A stretch of 64,000 nt of DNA, taken from positions 11,284,001 to 11,348,000 of the forward strand of contig OX597839.1 in the NCBI GenBank assembly GCA_951406725.2. The letters are read 5' to 3'. The notes beneath the pieces are model-generated. The model saw only the letters and a list, made by a program, of their open reading frames with translations, was not told the origin of the DNA and did not search any database. The translations under genes were made by a program, and so were the position numbers. The DNA is from Octopus vulgaris (taxonomy: Eukaryota). Shown here one piece after another: positions 51,917 through 64,000 of the stretch; the first letter of the stretch is position 1; each line of letters starts with the position of its first letter.

Positions 51917-52280
51917 TCATCATCATCATTTAACATCTGTTTTCCATGCTGGCATGGATTGGATGGTTTGACTGGAGCTAGTAAGCCAGAGAGCTGCACC
52001 AGGTTCCACTTGTCTATTTTGGCTTGGTTTCTACAGCTGGATGCCCTTCCTAACCCCAACCATTCTACTGAATGTACTGGGTGTCTTTTATGTGTGGCAT
52101 GGATTGGATGGTTCGACTGGAGCTAGTAAGCCAGAGAGCTGCACCAGGTTCCACTTGTCTATTTTGGCTTGGTTTCTACAGCTGGATGCCCTTCCTTACA
52201 CCAACCATTCTACAGAATGTACTGGGTGTCCTTTATGTGCCACTGGCATGGGTACCTTTTTCATGTCACCAGCACTGGCC
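51917..52280 (-). mobile_element. Family D copy with a ~146-bp internal tandem duplication
   Basis: ggcatggattggatggtt.gactggagctagtaagccagagagc at 51951 and 52096. Confidence 0.8.
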
Positions 52281-52635
52281 ATGGCCACAATTTCACTTAC
52301 CTTGATATGTTTTTCAGTATCTGTTCCAGTTCTTTATTGCCTGCGCCAACACTGGTACAGAGTTGTATTGGCCCTGATTTGTGGCACATCCTTCAGATGA
52401 ACATCTCTAGCATGAAAAGGGAAGAATAATATGCATTGACTACTGCTAATATTTGAAAAATTTTGCCAACATTCACACATACATGTACAGATGCTTGGTC
52501 TAGCTTGACTGACATAGGCCCTACAAGCCCTTGCCACACCCCATATCTAATCTGATCAAGCAGATCTATGTATGATCAAAGGTCTTTTAGCTGCGATCCT
52601 TTCTTAGTGCATATTAAGTGAAGATCCGTGGCCTC

Positions 52636-52666
<31 letters not shown>

Positions 52667-52885
52667 GTGTGTGTGTATGCGCATGTGCATGCACATACAA
52701 ATAAATCACTCCAGTACACTCTGTGGAGTGGTTAGCATTAGAAAAGGCATCCAGCTGCAGGAACTGTGCCAGAACAGATTACGGAGTCTGGTGTGAGGCC
52801 CCGGCCTTAGCAACTCTGATCAAACTGTCCAACCCATAACAGCATGGAAAACCAACTTTAACTGGTGATGATGATATATATATAT

Positions 52886-53192
52886 GGGGAGACTCCCTTT
52901 GGTCATGAATGACCACGGGATTGCACCTAGAAAGTTACCCTTCAAGGTACAAGTCCGGGCAAGGTTGTTTATGGGAGGCCAGCAGTTGCCCGTGCATACC
53001 AGCCTCTCCTCTCCACACCACTGATGTTATCCATCAGTGATGTCGCAACTCATTTCTACAGCTGAGTGAATTGGAGCAATGTGAAATAAAGTGTCTTGCT
53101 CAAGAACACAACACGCAGCCCTGTCCGGGAATCGAACTCACAATCTCACGACTGTAAGCTCGACACTCTAACCACTGAGCCATACGCCTTCA
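52886..53192 (-). mobile_element. tRNA-derived SINE family H
   Basis: Homologous to 56800-57141. Confidence 0.8.
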
Positions 53193-54041
53193 CACACACA
53201 CAAAAGCATACCTGTGTTGTCAAAAATAACAACAGGTTTTATTAGTGATCGAAGATGCTGCATTCCTTCAAAGCAATGGGAAAAACTATTGATGAAATTC
53301 TTACTTAAAGAACCATTCAAGAACTTGAGTGAGTTTTTCTTTTTTGACTAACAACTCCTCACCCCAAATTTTTAACCTTTGTGCCTGTGTTAGAAACAAT
53401 TATTATTGCCATCATCATACTCTCTCCATCACCGCCACATCATTCTCCACATCATCTTCCTCACCATTTACTCTCACCCTCTTCATCTTCACCATCACAA
53501 TCGCAATCATCTTACCTACCTCCATCATCGTCATCACCACCACCATAATATTCCAGGAACATGCTGTGCTTTAGTTGTTCCTCCAGCTAATGTACAATAT
53601 TCTTTATGATTTCATCTCTCTCTCTTTCTCTCTCTTCCACTTTCAACCAATTCTAAAACACGCTCCATCTACATTGTCAATTTATTTTGCCATATTCTCT
53701 CTTTGTGTTTCTCCTATGTTGAAGCCAGTGTGTAGGAGAAGCTAGAAGACACTCTACCTCTTATTCTCATAGCAATTACTTTCAGCCTTTCCCAGTAGAC
53801 TGCGCCCTGTCTTTATCTTCACCAGCAATGGTAATGCTATTTTATTAGCTCTGGCCATATTTGATTAACCTGAAGTAATTGCTTTGACTGCTTCTCTAAC
53901 GGAGCTTGCCGGAAATAGGCTTTCTGTTGGTATGCAACGAAAATATTATCTTTGCTCTGCTTTACATGTCAGTAAAGTGATGCTGTGTGGCGGAGTAAAC
54001 AAAAATAAATAAATAGATAAGGAAAAAAAAACATATACCTA

Positions 54042-54428
<387 letters not shown>

Positions 54429-55002
54429 ACATGGTTTAGAAGGGTTTATGGAAGCATTGAAATATATGTTACGTGTAGGAGGCACATCAACTGTTTCGTT
54501 TTATAGCAACTAGAATGGATGTTACCAATTTCTATAGCAAATGAGAGAAAGAGAGAGAAGCATAGAAGCAGGAAAAACAACAAAAAAAAAAAAAAGAAAA
54601 GGGAACAAAATAAAAGCAATGTTTATAGTTATCAGTTTTAGCCTTAGTTTCCGTCTTGACATCCAGAACTATGATCAAAGACATTCTGACTGTGGCTTTG
54701 CCATCTTTTCATGTATCATGGATTACATTGTTTGTAGTGCTTTTTCTTATTTCAGATAATAAGGTTGTTATTTTGTCATTTGAGGAACATCTGGCTATTA
54801 TTTCTAGCAAGTTGAGCGAATGCATAGACGCCACTTCTATCTTTAACCATTATTTTTTACATGCTTCAGTCATTAGACTGTAGCCATGCTGAGGCAATGC
54901 CCTGAAGAATTTTTACTCATACAGAAACACACCAACTCCAGTTGTCAAGCAGTAGTAGGGGACAAAGACATGTGCATGCATATGCACACACATGCACGTG
55001 CA

Positions 55003-55051
55003 TTGGTTGTCAAGCGATGTTGGGGGGACAAACACAGACACACAAACACAT

Positions 55052-55108
<57 letters not shown>

Positions 55109-55277
55109 CATATATACGATGGGCTTCTTTCAGTTTCTGTCTGCCAAATCCACTCACAAGGCTTTGGTCGGCCTGAGGCTATAGTAGAAGACACTTGCCC
55201 AAGGTGCCATGCAGTGGGACTGAACCTGGAACCATGTAGTTGGTAAGCAAGCTACTTACCACACAGCCACTCCTACA
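55003..55277 (-). mobile_element. SINE family A (5' two-thirds)
   Basis: Reverse-complement match. Confidence 0.85.
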
Positions 55278-55499
55278 CCAGAAAATATATATATTCTGAT
55301 TGAATCTTCCATGTGTTAACATGTACCTCCTTGTGACATTTAATCAAGATATCCTTGGCTTGAAGAGTAGCCTGCAATATAGACCTCACTTGGATGTTTA
55401 CCACTTCTGAGGTTCCGCTCGCTATGAAACACATGTAGCCTGGATCTTATCTGCTCCATTCCTTAACTTTTTTTTTTTGTGTGTGTGTGTGTGTGTGTG

Positions 55500-55875
55500 T
55501 GTCTTTGTGTTTGTCCTCAAGCACCACTTGACAATTGGTGTTGGTGTGTTTATGTCTCTGTAACTTGGCAGTTTAAGCGAAAAAGATCAATAGAATAAGT
55601 ACTAGGCTTAAGAAATAAGTCCTTGGGGTCGATATGTTTGACTAAAAAACACTTTGAGGCAGTGCCCCAGCATGGCCACAGTCAAATAACTGCAACAAGT
55701 AAAAAGGTTAAAGGAGTGCCCCAGCATGGCCACAGTCAAATGACTGCAACAAGTAAACGGTAAAAGGAGTGCCCCAGCATGGCCACAGTCAAATAACTGC
55801 AACAAGTAAAAGGTAAAAGGAGTGCCCCAGCATGGCCACAGTCAAATAACTGCAACAAGTAAAAGGTAAAAAGAT
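55500..55875 (+). mobile_element. Family A 3' half with four tandem copies of the 53-54-bp tail
   Basis: agtgccccagcatggccacagtcaaat.actgcaacaagtaaa starts at 55661, 55715, 55768 and 55821. Confidence 0.85.
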
Positions 55876-56318
55876 AGATCTGATAATCTGTTGAACCCCT
55901 TCAAGGCAATGCCCCTGCTGGCTGCAGCTCAATTACTGAAACAAATAAAAGATTTAGGGTGTAATTTTCGAGATTTACTGTTATTTCTAGCAGGCCGAAT
56001 AAACCACGCAGAGAATTCCCTTGTTGGCTTGGTGCCTGCTTTTAGCATTATATCTAAGAAGTGTTTTCCCCATTTTTACTGTCGTCTTTTCTCTGTGAAT
56101 TTATTGTTGCTTCTGCTGTCTAATGAGACAGCTTCTTCTTCTTTTTTTTTTTTTTTTGGTATTTTTTCTCGTTTTTATTTATTTATTTATTTTTACTCTT
56201 TGGTAATAGAAACCACAGCTGGAATAATTAGTATATAACTAGTTGTGAGACTGTAAGTAGCTAGGTAGTAGCTTCTACTAGTTTACTTGTCATCACATAA
56301 TTAAACACTCAATATTCT

Positions 56319-56360
<42 letters not shown>

Positions 56361-56799
56361 AACTCCCTTATCTAATTACTGCTGATGTTTCTGCTTCTTT
56401 ATCTCAGCTAGTTTTGTTTTGTGCTTTTGTTTTGATTTTTTTTGGTGTTTATTTTTATGTTATGTACTTTTTCTTTCTATGTTAGCAAGGTAATCCTAGG
56501 TGGTTAGTTGGTTGGTGGGTGGGAAAGGTTTACAAATTCAGAAGTCAAGTCATTCATGTAAAATTAGAGTGCTTATGTTTCTTCTGGTCTCATCTGTCTA
56601 CTAACATAACATTTTATTTACTACTGATATTTATGTTTCTGTTAGATTTTTTTTTCTTTTTTACTTCAACTTTTGTATGTTAGCATGGGTTTGATGAATA
56701 CTTATTGTTGGGGAAATTTGTTTACAGCTGGATGTTCTTCCTGTCACTAACCCTTTAACAAGGTGTAATATTTTTTTATAATTCACACATTTTTCAAAA

Positions 56800-57141
56800 G
56801 TAAAGGGTAAAGACCCCCTTCGGTCATGAATGACCATGGGATTGCACCTAGAAAGTTACCCTCCTAGACACAAGTCCGGGCAAGGTTGTTTATGGAAGAC
56901 CAGCAGTCGCCCATGCATACCAGCCTCCCCTCTCCATGCCACCAGTGTTATGCAAGGGAAAGACAAAGGTCGATACAGCTTGGCACCAGTGACGTCGCAA
57001 CTCATTTCTACAGCTGAGTGAACTGGAGCAACGTGAAATAAAGTGCCTTGCTCAAGAACACAACACGCAGCCCGGTCTGGGATTCGAGCTCACAACCTTA
57101 CGATCGTAAGCTCGACGCTCTAACCACTGAGCCATGCGCCA
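56800..57141 (-). mobile_element. SINE family H (tRNA-Arg(ACG)-like head, CORE/V-like motif)
   Basis: Minus strand tggctcagtggttagagcgtcgagcttACGatcgtaaggttgtgagctcgaatccc...gtgttcttgagcaaggcacttt...; (accttt)-like tail. Confidence 0.85.
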
Positions 57142-57261
57142 TATAGAGGAAGATACTGGATGGTTAGTTGTTGGTGAATGTCAGTATGACAACAGTGTTT
57201 GCGCAGGTCCTTTCTGTAAAGGAATTAGATGTAAACGCAGAGATATCTACCTTTATAAACA

Positions 57262-57353
<92 letters not shown>

Positions 57354-57640
57354 TGCATACAAACTTGTGTATGGATGTGTGTGTGTCTTTGTCTTTTACT
57401 CGTTTCAGTCTTTGGACTGTAGCCATGCAGCACACCACTTTCAAGCTCATTATGTACCGTATCAGTCTCTTTTGTTGAACCTCTAAGTTACAGGGATGTA
57501 GGCTCTGGTGGAAGACAAGCACAGACACACACATACATAGTTAATCCAAACATGAAAACACAAAGAGAAAAAACAACAACGCGAGGACGTGGAACAAATA
57601 TAGTATTATTGGATGCTCAGGAAGGAAGGGAAGAAGGAGG

Positions 57641-57675
57641 GTTTAACTTTTCGAGCGGAGCTCTTCGTCAGAAAC
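57641..57675 (-). ncRNA. Minimal hammerhead motif (stem III palindrome broken)
   Basis: GTTT-CTGACGA-A-GAGC-TCC-GCTC-GAAA-AG-TT-AAAC. Confidence 0.55.
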
Positions 57676-57822
57676 ATAGGAAAAAGAAAGATCCAGAGAA
57701 GGGAAGACAGAGTAAAAAAATACATACATACATAGTTAATCCAAACATAAAAACACAACAACGCGGGGACGTGGAACAAATATAGTATTATTGGACGCTC
57801 AGGAAGGAAGGGAAGAAGGAGG

Positions 57823-57857
57823 GTTTAACGTTTCGAGCTGAGCTCTTCGTCAGAAAC
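57823..57857 (-). ncRNA. Minimal type I hammerhead motif (Penelope-type, palindromic stem III)
   Basis: GTTT-CTGACGA-A-GAGC-TCA-GCTC-GAAA-CG-TT-AAAC; ACGT palindrome; GUU triplet. Confidence 0.7.
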
Positions 57858-58972
57858 ATAGGAAAAGGAAAGATCCAGAGAAGGGAAGACGGAGGGAAAA
57901 AATACATACATACATACATACATAAACAAATAATGCCTTTTTCCAGTTTCCATCTATCAAGTCCACTCACTATAGCCTGGGGCTATAGTAGCAGACACTT
58001 GCCCAGAGTGCCATGCAGTGGGACTGAACTTGAAAGACTGTGTTTGGGAAGCAGACTTCTTACTGCACAACCACGCTTGTATCTAAGTTAGCATAAAATT
58101 TTGATAGAAGATCACCTTAAAACAGGCTGTTTCGGTCACAGAAGTAGGGGTAATTTTAGACAGGTTGGTATCAAAGGGTTAATTTGAAAAAGAAAAACAA
58201 GGAAAGAAAAAGAAAATTAAGGCAGTTAATTTTTATGCAGTTCTTAAAATATTTTGTTGTTGAAGATTAAGATTAATGAATTCGATCTGGTATTTAATCC
58301 CTGTTTATTTAATTTTATTTGTGGAAATTTTGGAGGTCATTATGTTTGTGCCTTTCTTCTAGAAATTTGGTAATGTGGGGGACGTGATCAATACTGGACT
58401 TGATTTGTCATAAAAAAATAATAAAAAAATTACATTGAGTACACATAGGCACAGGAGTGGCTGTGTGGTAAGTAGCTTCCTTACGGACCACACGGTTCTG
58501 GGTTCAGTCCCACTGCTGGGCACCTTGGGCAAGTGTCTTCTTCTATGGCCTACACTATTTCTAACCTTCTACTTCTATTCATATTCAAACCTCTCATCAC
58601 CTGGCACAAAGCCACATCCCTCAACACTACTTCCCACACTGTCAAGGGGTTTTGTCTTGCTATAGTTACTTGGTGACCCCCACCGTTGTTGGTGCCACAT
58701 AAAAAGCACCCAGGACACTCTGTAAAGTGGTTGGCATTAGGAAGGGCAACCAGATATAGAAACCCTGCCAAGGCAGACAGTAGAGCTTGGCACAGTCTTC
58801 AGGCTCCTATGAAGTCATCTAACCCATGCCAGCATGGAAGGAGGACATTAAATCCTCCTCCTCCTCATCATCATCATCACCATATACACACAGTACTATA
58901 TGTGTGTTTATACAGACTTAGAATGCTCAGCCTGTCAGTAGCAGACATACAAAGAAAACACCTCCCAAAAAT

Positions 58973-59010
<38 letters not shown>

Positions 59011-59284
59011 CACTCACTCACTCACTCACACACACATACTTAAAATACACAGTAGTATAAACTGCACTCAGCTTGCTGCTGCTGCTGTTGTTGTTGTTAC
59101 TGTTCTGTGTCATTAGTTGACGGTAGAGAGGGGGGAGGTTAATTTGTAATTATTGACATCCTGTCAAATTGACTTTTCAAACTACTGACCTTCCTTACCT
59201 CTATGCGTGTGTGTGTGTGCACGCATGCAGGCATGCGTATGTGTACGTACACATTTGGGGCTCCACACTCTTCTCTGTTGCTTT

Positions 59285-59573
59285 GATTATCTTTCTCTTT
59301 CTGTCTCCCCTTCTTCTCTCTCTCTCTTTCTCTCTCTCTCCTCCTCTTCTCTCTCTTTCTCTCTGTCTCCCCCTCTTCTCTCTCTCTCTTTCTCTGTCTC
59401 CCCCTCTTCTCTCTCTCTCTTTCTCTCTTTTTCTGTCTCCCCCTCTCTCTGTCTCTCTCTCTCTCCTCTTTTTATGTCTGCTTCTGTGCTTCACTTGTCT
59501 GATTCTGTCTGTCTGTCTCTCTTCTTGTCTAGAGTTTCTATCTCTGTCTGTCTGCCTGTCTCTCCCTCCCCTT

Positions 59574-59612
<39 letters not shown>

Positions 59613-59858
59613 CTTTCGTCTCTGTTTATGTCTGTCCCTCTGTGTTTTCTTGTCTGTTTCTCTGTCTTTCTTTGTGTCAATTGCCTCTGTTTGTCTGTCT
59701 GTCTGTCTCTTTCTTCTTCTTCTCTCTTTCTCTCTCATCTACACATACCTGTGTTTCCTAAGTGCACTAAGAAAATAAAAAAAAAACCTGGCTGTTTCTG
59801 TTGTCACTCTTTCTCATTTTCTCCTCTCTCCCTCTCCTCTCTCCCTCTCTTTTTCTCA

Positions 59859-59900
<42 letters not shown>

Positions 59901-59910
59901 TACACACACG
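59285..59910. repeat. Polypyrimidine (CT)-rich tract
   Basis: Seen directly. Confidence 0.9.
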
Positions 59911-60304
59911 CTGTCCTACCCCCAACCCTTTTTATCTTCCCTGTAGAGTGCACCAAGAAAGAAACAACTACAACCACTTCAGCAAAATGATTAATGAAAA
60001 TAACTTTTCCTCTCCTCATTTCCCTCATTGCCATTGTCTATCTAGAGTCTGTGTGTGAAAAGTGAACTTTTGAATGGAATAGTGTGGGTGTCAAGAGTGA
60101 GAGAGAGAGAGAGACAGAGAGAGAGAGAATGAGATGAACACTGAAGTCTAATTCATCATCATCATTATATAAAATAGAAACATCTATTTATGATATAATT
60201 ATAATGTTTTTCTTAATGTTCTGTGGATTGTGTTGTGTGTGATGGGCAGATGAGGTCTTGAGGTGTAGTAAATATTGAGCTATTGTAATATTTCGTTGTG
60301 GTGT

Positions 60305-61012
60305 AAGGCAAGCAAGCTAGCAGAATTGTTAGCACGCCAGGCCAAATGCTTAGTGGTAGTTCGTCCACTTTCGTAAAGGCAGCGAACTGGCAGAATCGTT
60401 AGCATGCTGGACGAAATGCTTAGCGGTATTTCGTCTGCCGCTACGTTCTGAGTTCAAATTCCGCTGAGGTAGACTTTGCCTTTCATCCTTTCGGGGTCGA
60501 TTAAATAAGTACCAGTTACGCACTGGGGTCAATATAATCGACTTAATCCGTTTCTCTGTCCTTGTTTGTCCCCCTCTGTGTTTAGCCCCTTGTGGGTAGT
60601 AAAGAAATAGGTATTTCGTCTGCCGCTACATTCTGAGTTCAAATTCCACCGAGGTCGACTTTGCCTTTCATCCTTTAAGTACCAGTTATGCACTGGGGTC
60701 GATATAATTGACTTAGCACCTCCCCTGAAATTGCTGGCCTTGTGCCAAAAATTTTAAATTAATGTTTTATAGTGGTGTAAGGTGGCAAGCTGGCTGAATC
60801 ATTAGCACACCAAACAAAATGCTTTGTGGCTTTTCATCTGTCTTTACATTCTGAGTTCAATTTCTGTTGAGGTCAACTTTGCCTTTCATCCTTTTGGGAT
60901 GTACCAGTTGAGGACTGGGGTTGATAAAATATGTATTAGTTGAGTACTGGGGTCGCTGTAATCAGCTTGCCCCATCCCCTGAAATTGCAGGCCTTGTGCC
61001 AAAATTTAAAAT
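60305..61012 (+). mobile_element. Cluster of nested and tandem SINE family C copies
   Basis: Young copy at 60376-60610 inside an older copy, followed by another old copy from 60778. Confidence 0.85.
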
Positions 61013-61781
61013 CAGTATTTTATGGTGGTGTGTATTTCTGTTGTTTAGTCCAGATCAGCCTTGAATGAGCAGTCCTTTGATGAAAGGCATTCCATCTATG
61101 TCCATCCTGTCTTTTTCCTCAGGTACAGTACCCCTAAGACCACATTTTTGAATGTGATCCTTCTTTTTCAAGATGGTAAGGTGTGTGACTTAAGAGAGAC
61201 AGAAGAACTGCATAGAGCAAGTGTGGGGTGGGTGAGTGGGAAACCTTTAGACATATGAAGATATGTCCAATATCTTCACTGTCCAATATCTGACCATTGT
61301 GGCAACATCTACATTTTAAAGACAGCAAGGTGAGGTTTTGGGGGAAGAATTTAGCTGCTAGCTCTAGCAGGTTGAGCTGCCACAAAGAAGCTCCCTTGTT
61401 GGCTTGGCAGGGATATTGTCGATGTATATTGTGACACTTTACCTTATGGGCAACAGCTGAAAGTCACATTTGTTGATTCAATTCAACTGGCAGCTTGCAT
61501 GGCTGTTCCATCGTATGACAATAATGCACTTTGTGTATCTCTCTCGCTCCCGTCTACCCCTCTCTTTCACAGAGAGAGAGAGGCAGTGCTGCAGCATTGA
61601 TCCACCTAAATGGAATTTATAGCGAACATTTTTTTTATGGCCTTGTGGTTGCCATGTCATTAAACTTATTTCTTTTGTATGTGTTTCTATGTAGTGTTTT
61701 GTTGTTGCTTAGTCCCAGGTCAATCACCACTCAGCAGACTTGTGATCAAGAGCATTCCAGCCATGACCATTCTATCGTCTG

Positions 61782-61829
<48 letters not shown>

Positions 61830-61836
61830 ATATTCT

Positions 61837-62421
61837 TTAATCCTTTAGCATTTAATTCGGCTATATCCAATTCAGATATTCTACCTGCTTTATGTTAAAT
61901 TTGATCAGATCCAACCTCTCACACCTACCCTACAATGTCATTCTAAAAATACCAGCCACATGGTTCCGGGTTCAGTCCCACTAAGTGGCACCTTGGGCAA
62001 GTATCTTCTACTAAAGTCTCGGGCTGACCAAAGCCTTGTGAGTGGATTTGGTAGACGGAAACTGAAAGAAGCCCGTCATATATATGTATATATATATGTA
62101 TATGTATATGTTTGTGTGTCTGTGTTTGTCCCCCTAGCATTGCTTGACAACCGATGCTGGTGTGTTTATGTCCCCGTTACTTAGCGGTTCGGCAAAAGAG
62201 ACCGATAGAATAAGTACTGGGCTTACAAAAGAATAAGTCCCGGGATCGAGTTGCTCGATTAAAGGCGGTGCTCCAGCATGGCCGCAGTCAAATGACTGAA
62301 ACAAGTAAAAGAGTAAATGTATCATTGACATCTTGCAGCTACAAGATAATGCATGATTAATTCAAAGCAGTGTGAATAAATAAGCAATATGTTTGACAAA
62401 GAAATCTGGATGCTAAATTAA
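61837..62421 (+). mobile_element. P2 MITE interrupted by a 5'-truncated family A SINE (~61956-62316)
   Basis: MITE sequence runs to ...aaaataccagccacat, switches to SINE A, and resumes at atcattgacatcttgcagctacaagataat. Confidence 0.8.
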
Positions 62422-62926
62422 TTTAGCAGCAAATCATAATTAAAAATAATTGATATGTATAAATCCAGCTCATCTTGTAGATTATAAATCACTATTTTTT
62501 AATAAGTTTACAACATATAAAATCAATTAAATATATATTTCTTTATATTTAATTAATATCATATCTAATACGTATATCTTTATATTTAATTTATATTCAA
62601 TATCCTACATAAAACAGCGCTAATGAACAAAATCCATGATATACTCTTATCAGTATATCTCCCTCCAGTCCCTTGCATAACTCCTATATGCTCAATAGAA
62701 GAATAAGCATGTGACAAAATGCTTTGTAGCATTTGTTCTGGTTCTCTTCATCCTGGGTTCTAATCCTGCCATGGTCAACTTTTCATTTTGACATCTATAA
62801 GATAAAGTGTCAGTCTGTTCCGGGGAATTGGTGGAACTGTCTGAGAGTCAGTTGTCTTTTTAGTTTTTTAATCTTCTGTCTTTCACTTGTTTCAGTCATT
62901 TTTGACTGCAGCCATGCTGGGGTACT

Positions 62927-63089
62927 CGCGATACCAGAGGGCGCACACTCTCCTACCCTGGTGTAATCTCCAGGGATACAGGCATCCAGCAACAGGACCT
63001 CCGTAATGCTATGATGGACCGTGAAGTCTGGCGTAGCATGGTAAATTCCATTATCTCGACCACGGTCGAACAATGATGAACGATGATGA
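62927..63089 (+). pseudogene. 3' end of an RTE-clade LINE, nested in a family A SINE
   Basis: RDTRGRTLSYPGVISRDTGIQQQDLRNAMMDREVWRSMVNSIISTTVEQ* (RTE-type DR..WR C-terminus), stop at 63074-63076, (TGA)n tail. Confidence 0.75.
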
Positions 63090-63665
63090 CTGCTTTGAAG
63101 GGTTTTAGTTGAACAAATCAACCCCAGGACTTATTTTTTAAAGCCTAGTACTTATTGTATCAGTTTCTTTTGCCAGATTGCTAAGTTACAGGGATGTAAA
63201 CACATCAACGGTGGTACGCATACACACACACACACACACTTTTTTCGGTTTCTGTCTACCAAATCCACTCACAAGGCTTTGGTCAGCCAAAGTTATAGTA
63301 CAAAGCACTTGCTGAAAGGGTCACACAGTGGGACTGAACCCAGGTCCATATGGTTGGGAAGTAAACTTCTTACAATGCAACCATGCCTGTTATGCACTAT
63401 TTGTTCTGGATTTTTACATTCCGAATTCCTGGGTGGAAAACTTAATCTTGCCAGTCAGTTTAACACCACAAGGTACCTTCCTTGGATGTCTGTAGTGATG
63501 TTCATTCTGTTGAAAGCGTTCATGGCTAGTCTCTGGTTTCAGGAAAACTTTTTCCTTCCCTCTTGCCAGTCTTGGAGGATATGAAAAAAAGCAAAAGGGT
63601 CTCTTTGGCACTGCCTATCCCTACTTGACAAAATGATACAAAAGTACCCCTGCTCCAACTACATT

Positions 63666-63933
63666 CATCATCATTGTTTAACGTCCGTTTTCCATGCTAG
63701 CATGGATTGGATGGTTCAACTGGGGTCTGGGAAGCCCAAAGGCTGCACCAGGCCCAGTCTGATCTGGCAGTGTTTCTACGGCTGGATGCCCTTCCTAACA
63801 CCAACCACTCCGTGAGTGTAGTGGGTGCTTTTTACGTGCCACCGGCACAGGTGCCGGACGAGGCTTGCAACAGCCATGATCGGAAGGTGTCTTTTACAAT
63901 CGTGGCCGTTGCCAGCCTCGTCACGTAAAAAGC
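63666..63933 (-). mobile_element. Repeat family D
   Basis: Matches 26479-26700. Confidence 0.85.
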
Positions 63934-64000
63934 ATTATTTGATGTATTTGAAGTATCTTTCATTTTTTTTTTTTGCAATTTGAGGGAGATTTAGCTGTTG

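Larger units (their letters stand above)
57538..57902 (-). mobile_element. Head-to-tail dimer of family F, each unit carrying a minimal hammerhead
   Basis: Units at ~57538-57720 and ~57733-57902; hammerhead motifs 182 nt apart. Confidence 0.85.

Noticed and set aside
61158-61182. 3-nt microexon tttttcaag|ATG|gtaagg
   Set aside because: Lies in a decayed copy of an old dispersed repeat, so probably chance.

Overview
AT-rich, microsatellite-dense animal DNA. The repeat content (tRNA-derived SINE families, (TA)n/(CA)n/(GA)n tracts) looks like an octopus (coleoid cephalopod) genome; this is my recognition, not a database result. There is no intact protein-coding gene, and almost all listed ORFs are microsatellite or SINE artefacts. 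The window reads as a very large intron or intergenic stretch. It holds dozens of SINE copies from several families (my labels A, B, C, D, H), TTAA-flanked piggyBac-like MITEs, a hAT MITE, a TIR element carrying telomere-like repeats, CR1-type and RTE LINE 3' fragments, and minisatellites. The main hidden signal is a set of type I hammerhead ribozyme motifs from at least four unrelated sequence contexts. These are a near-canonical one at 46859-46911 (-), one with an extended stem I at 30056-30114 (+), an imperfect one at 15377-15423 (+), and a minimal palindromic hammerhead inside a dispersed Penelope-like/retrozyme-like repeat (family F) that forms a 182-nt tandem dimer at 57538-57902. A strong AG|GTAAGT recursive-splice-site candidate (32737-32744) and a structured candidate exon (34863-34972) hint at a + strand host gene.
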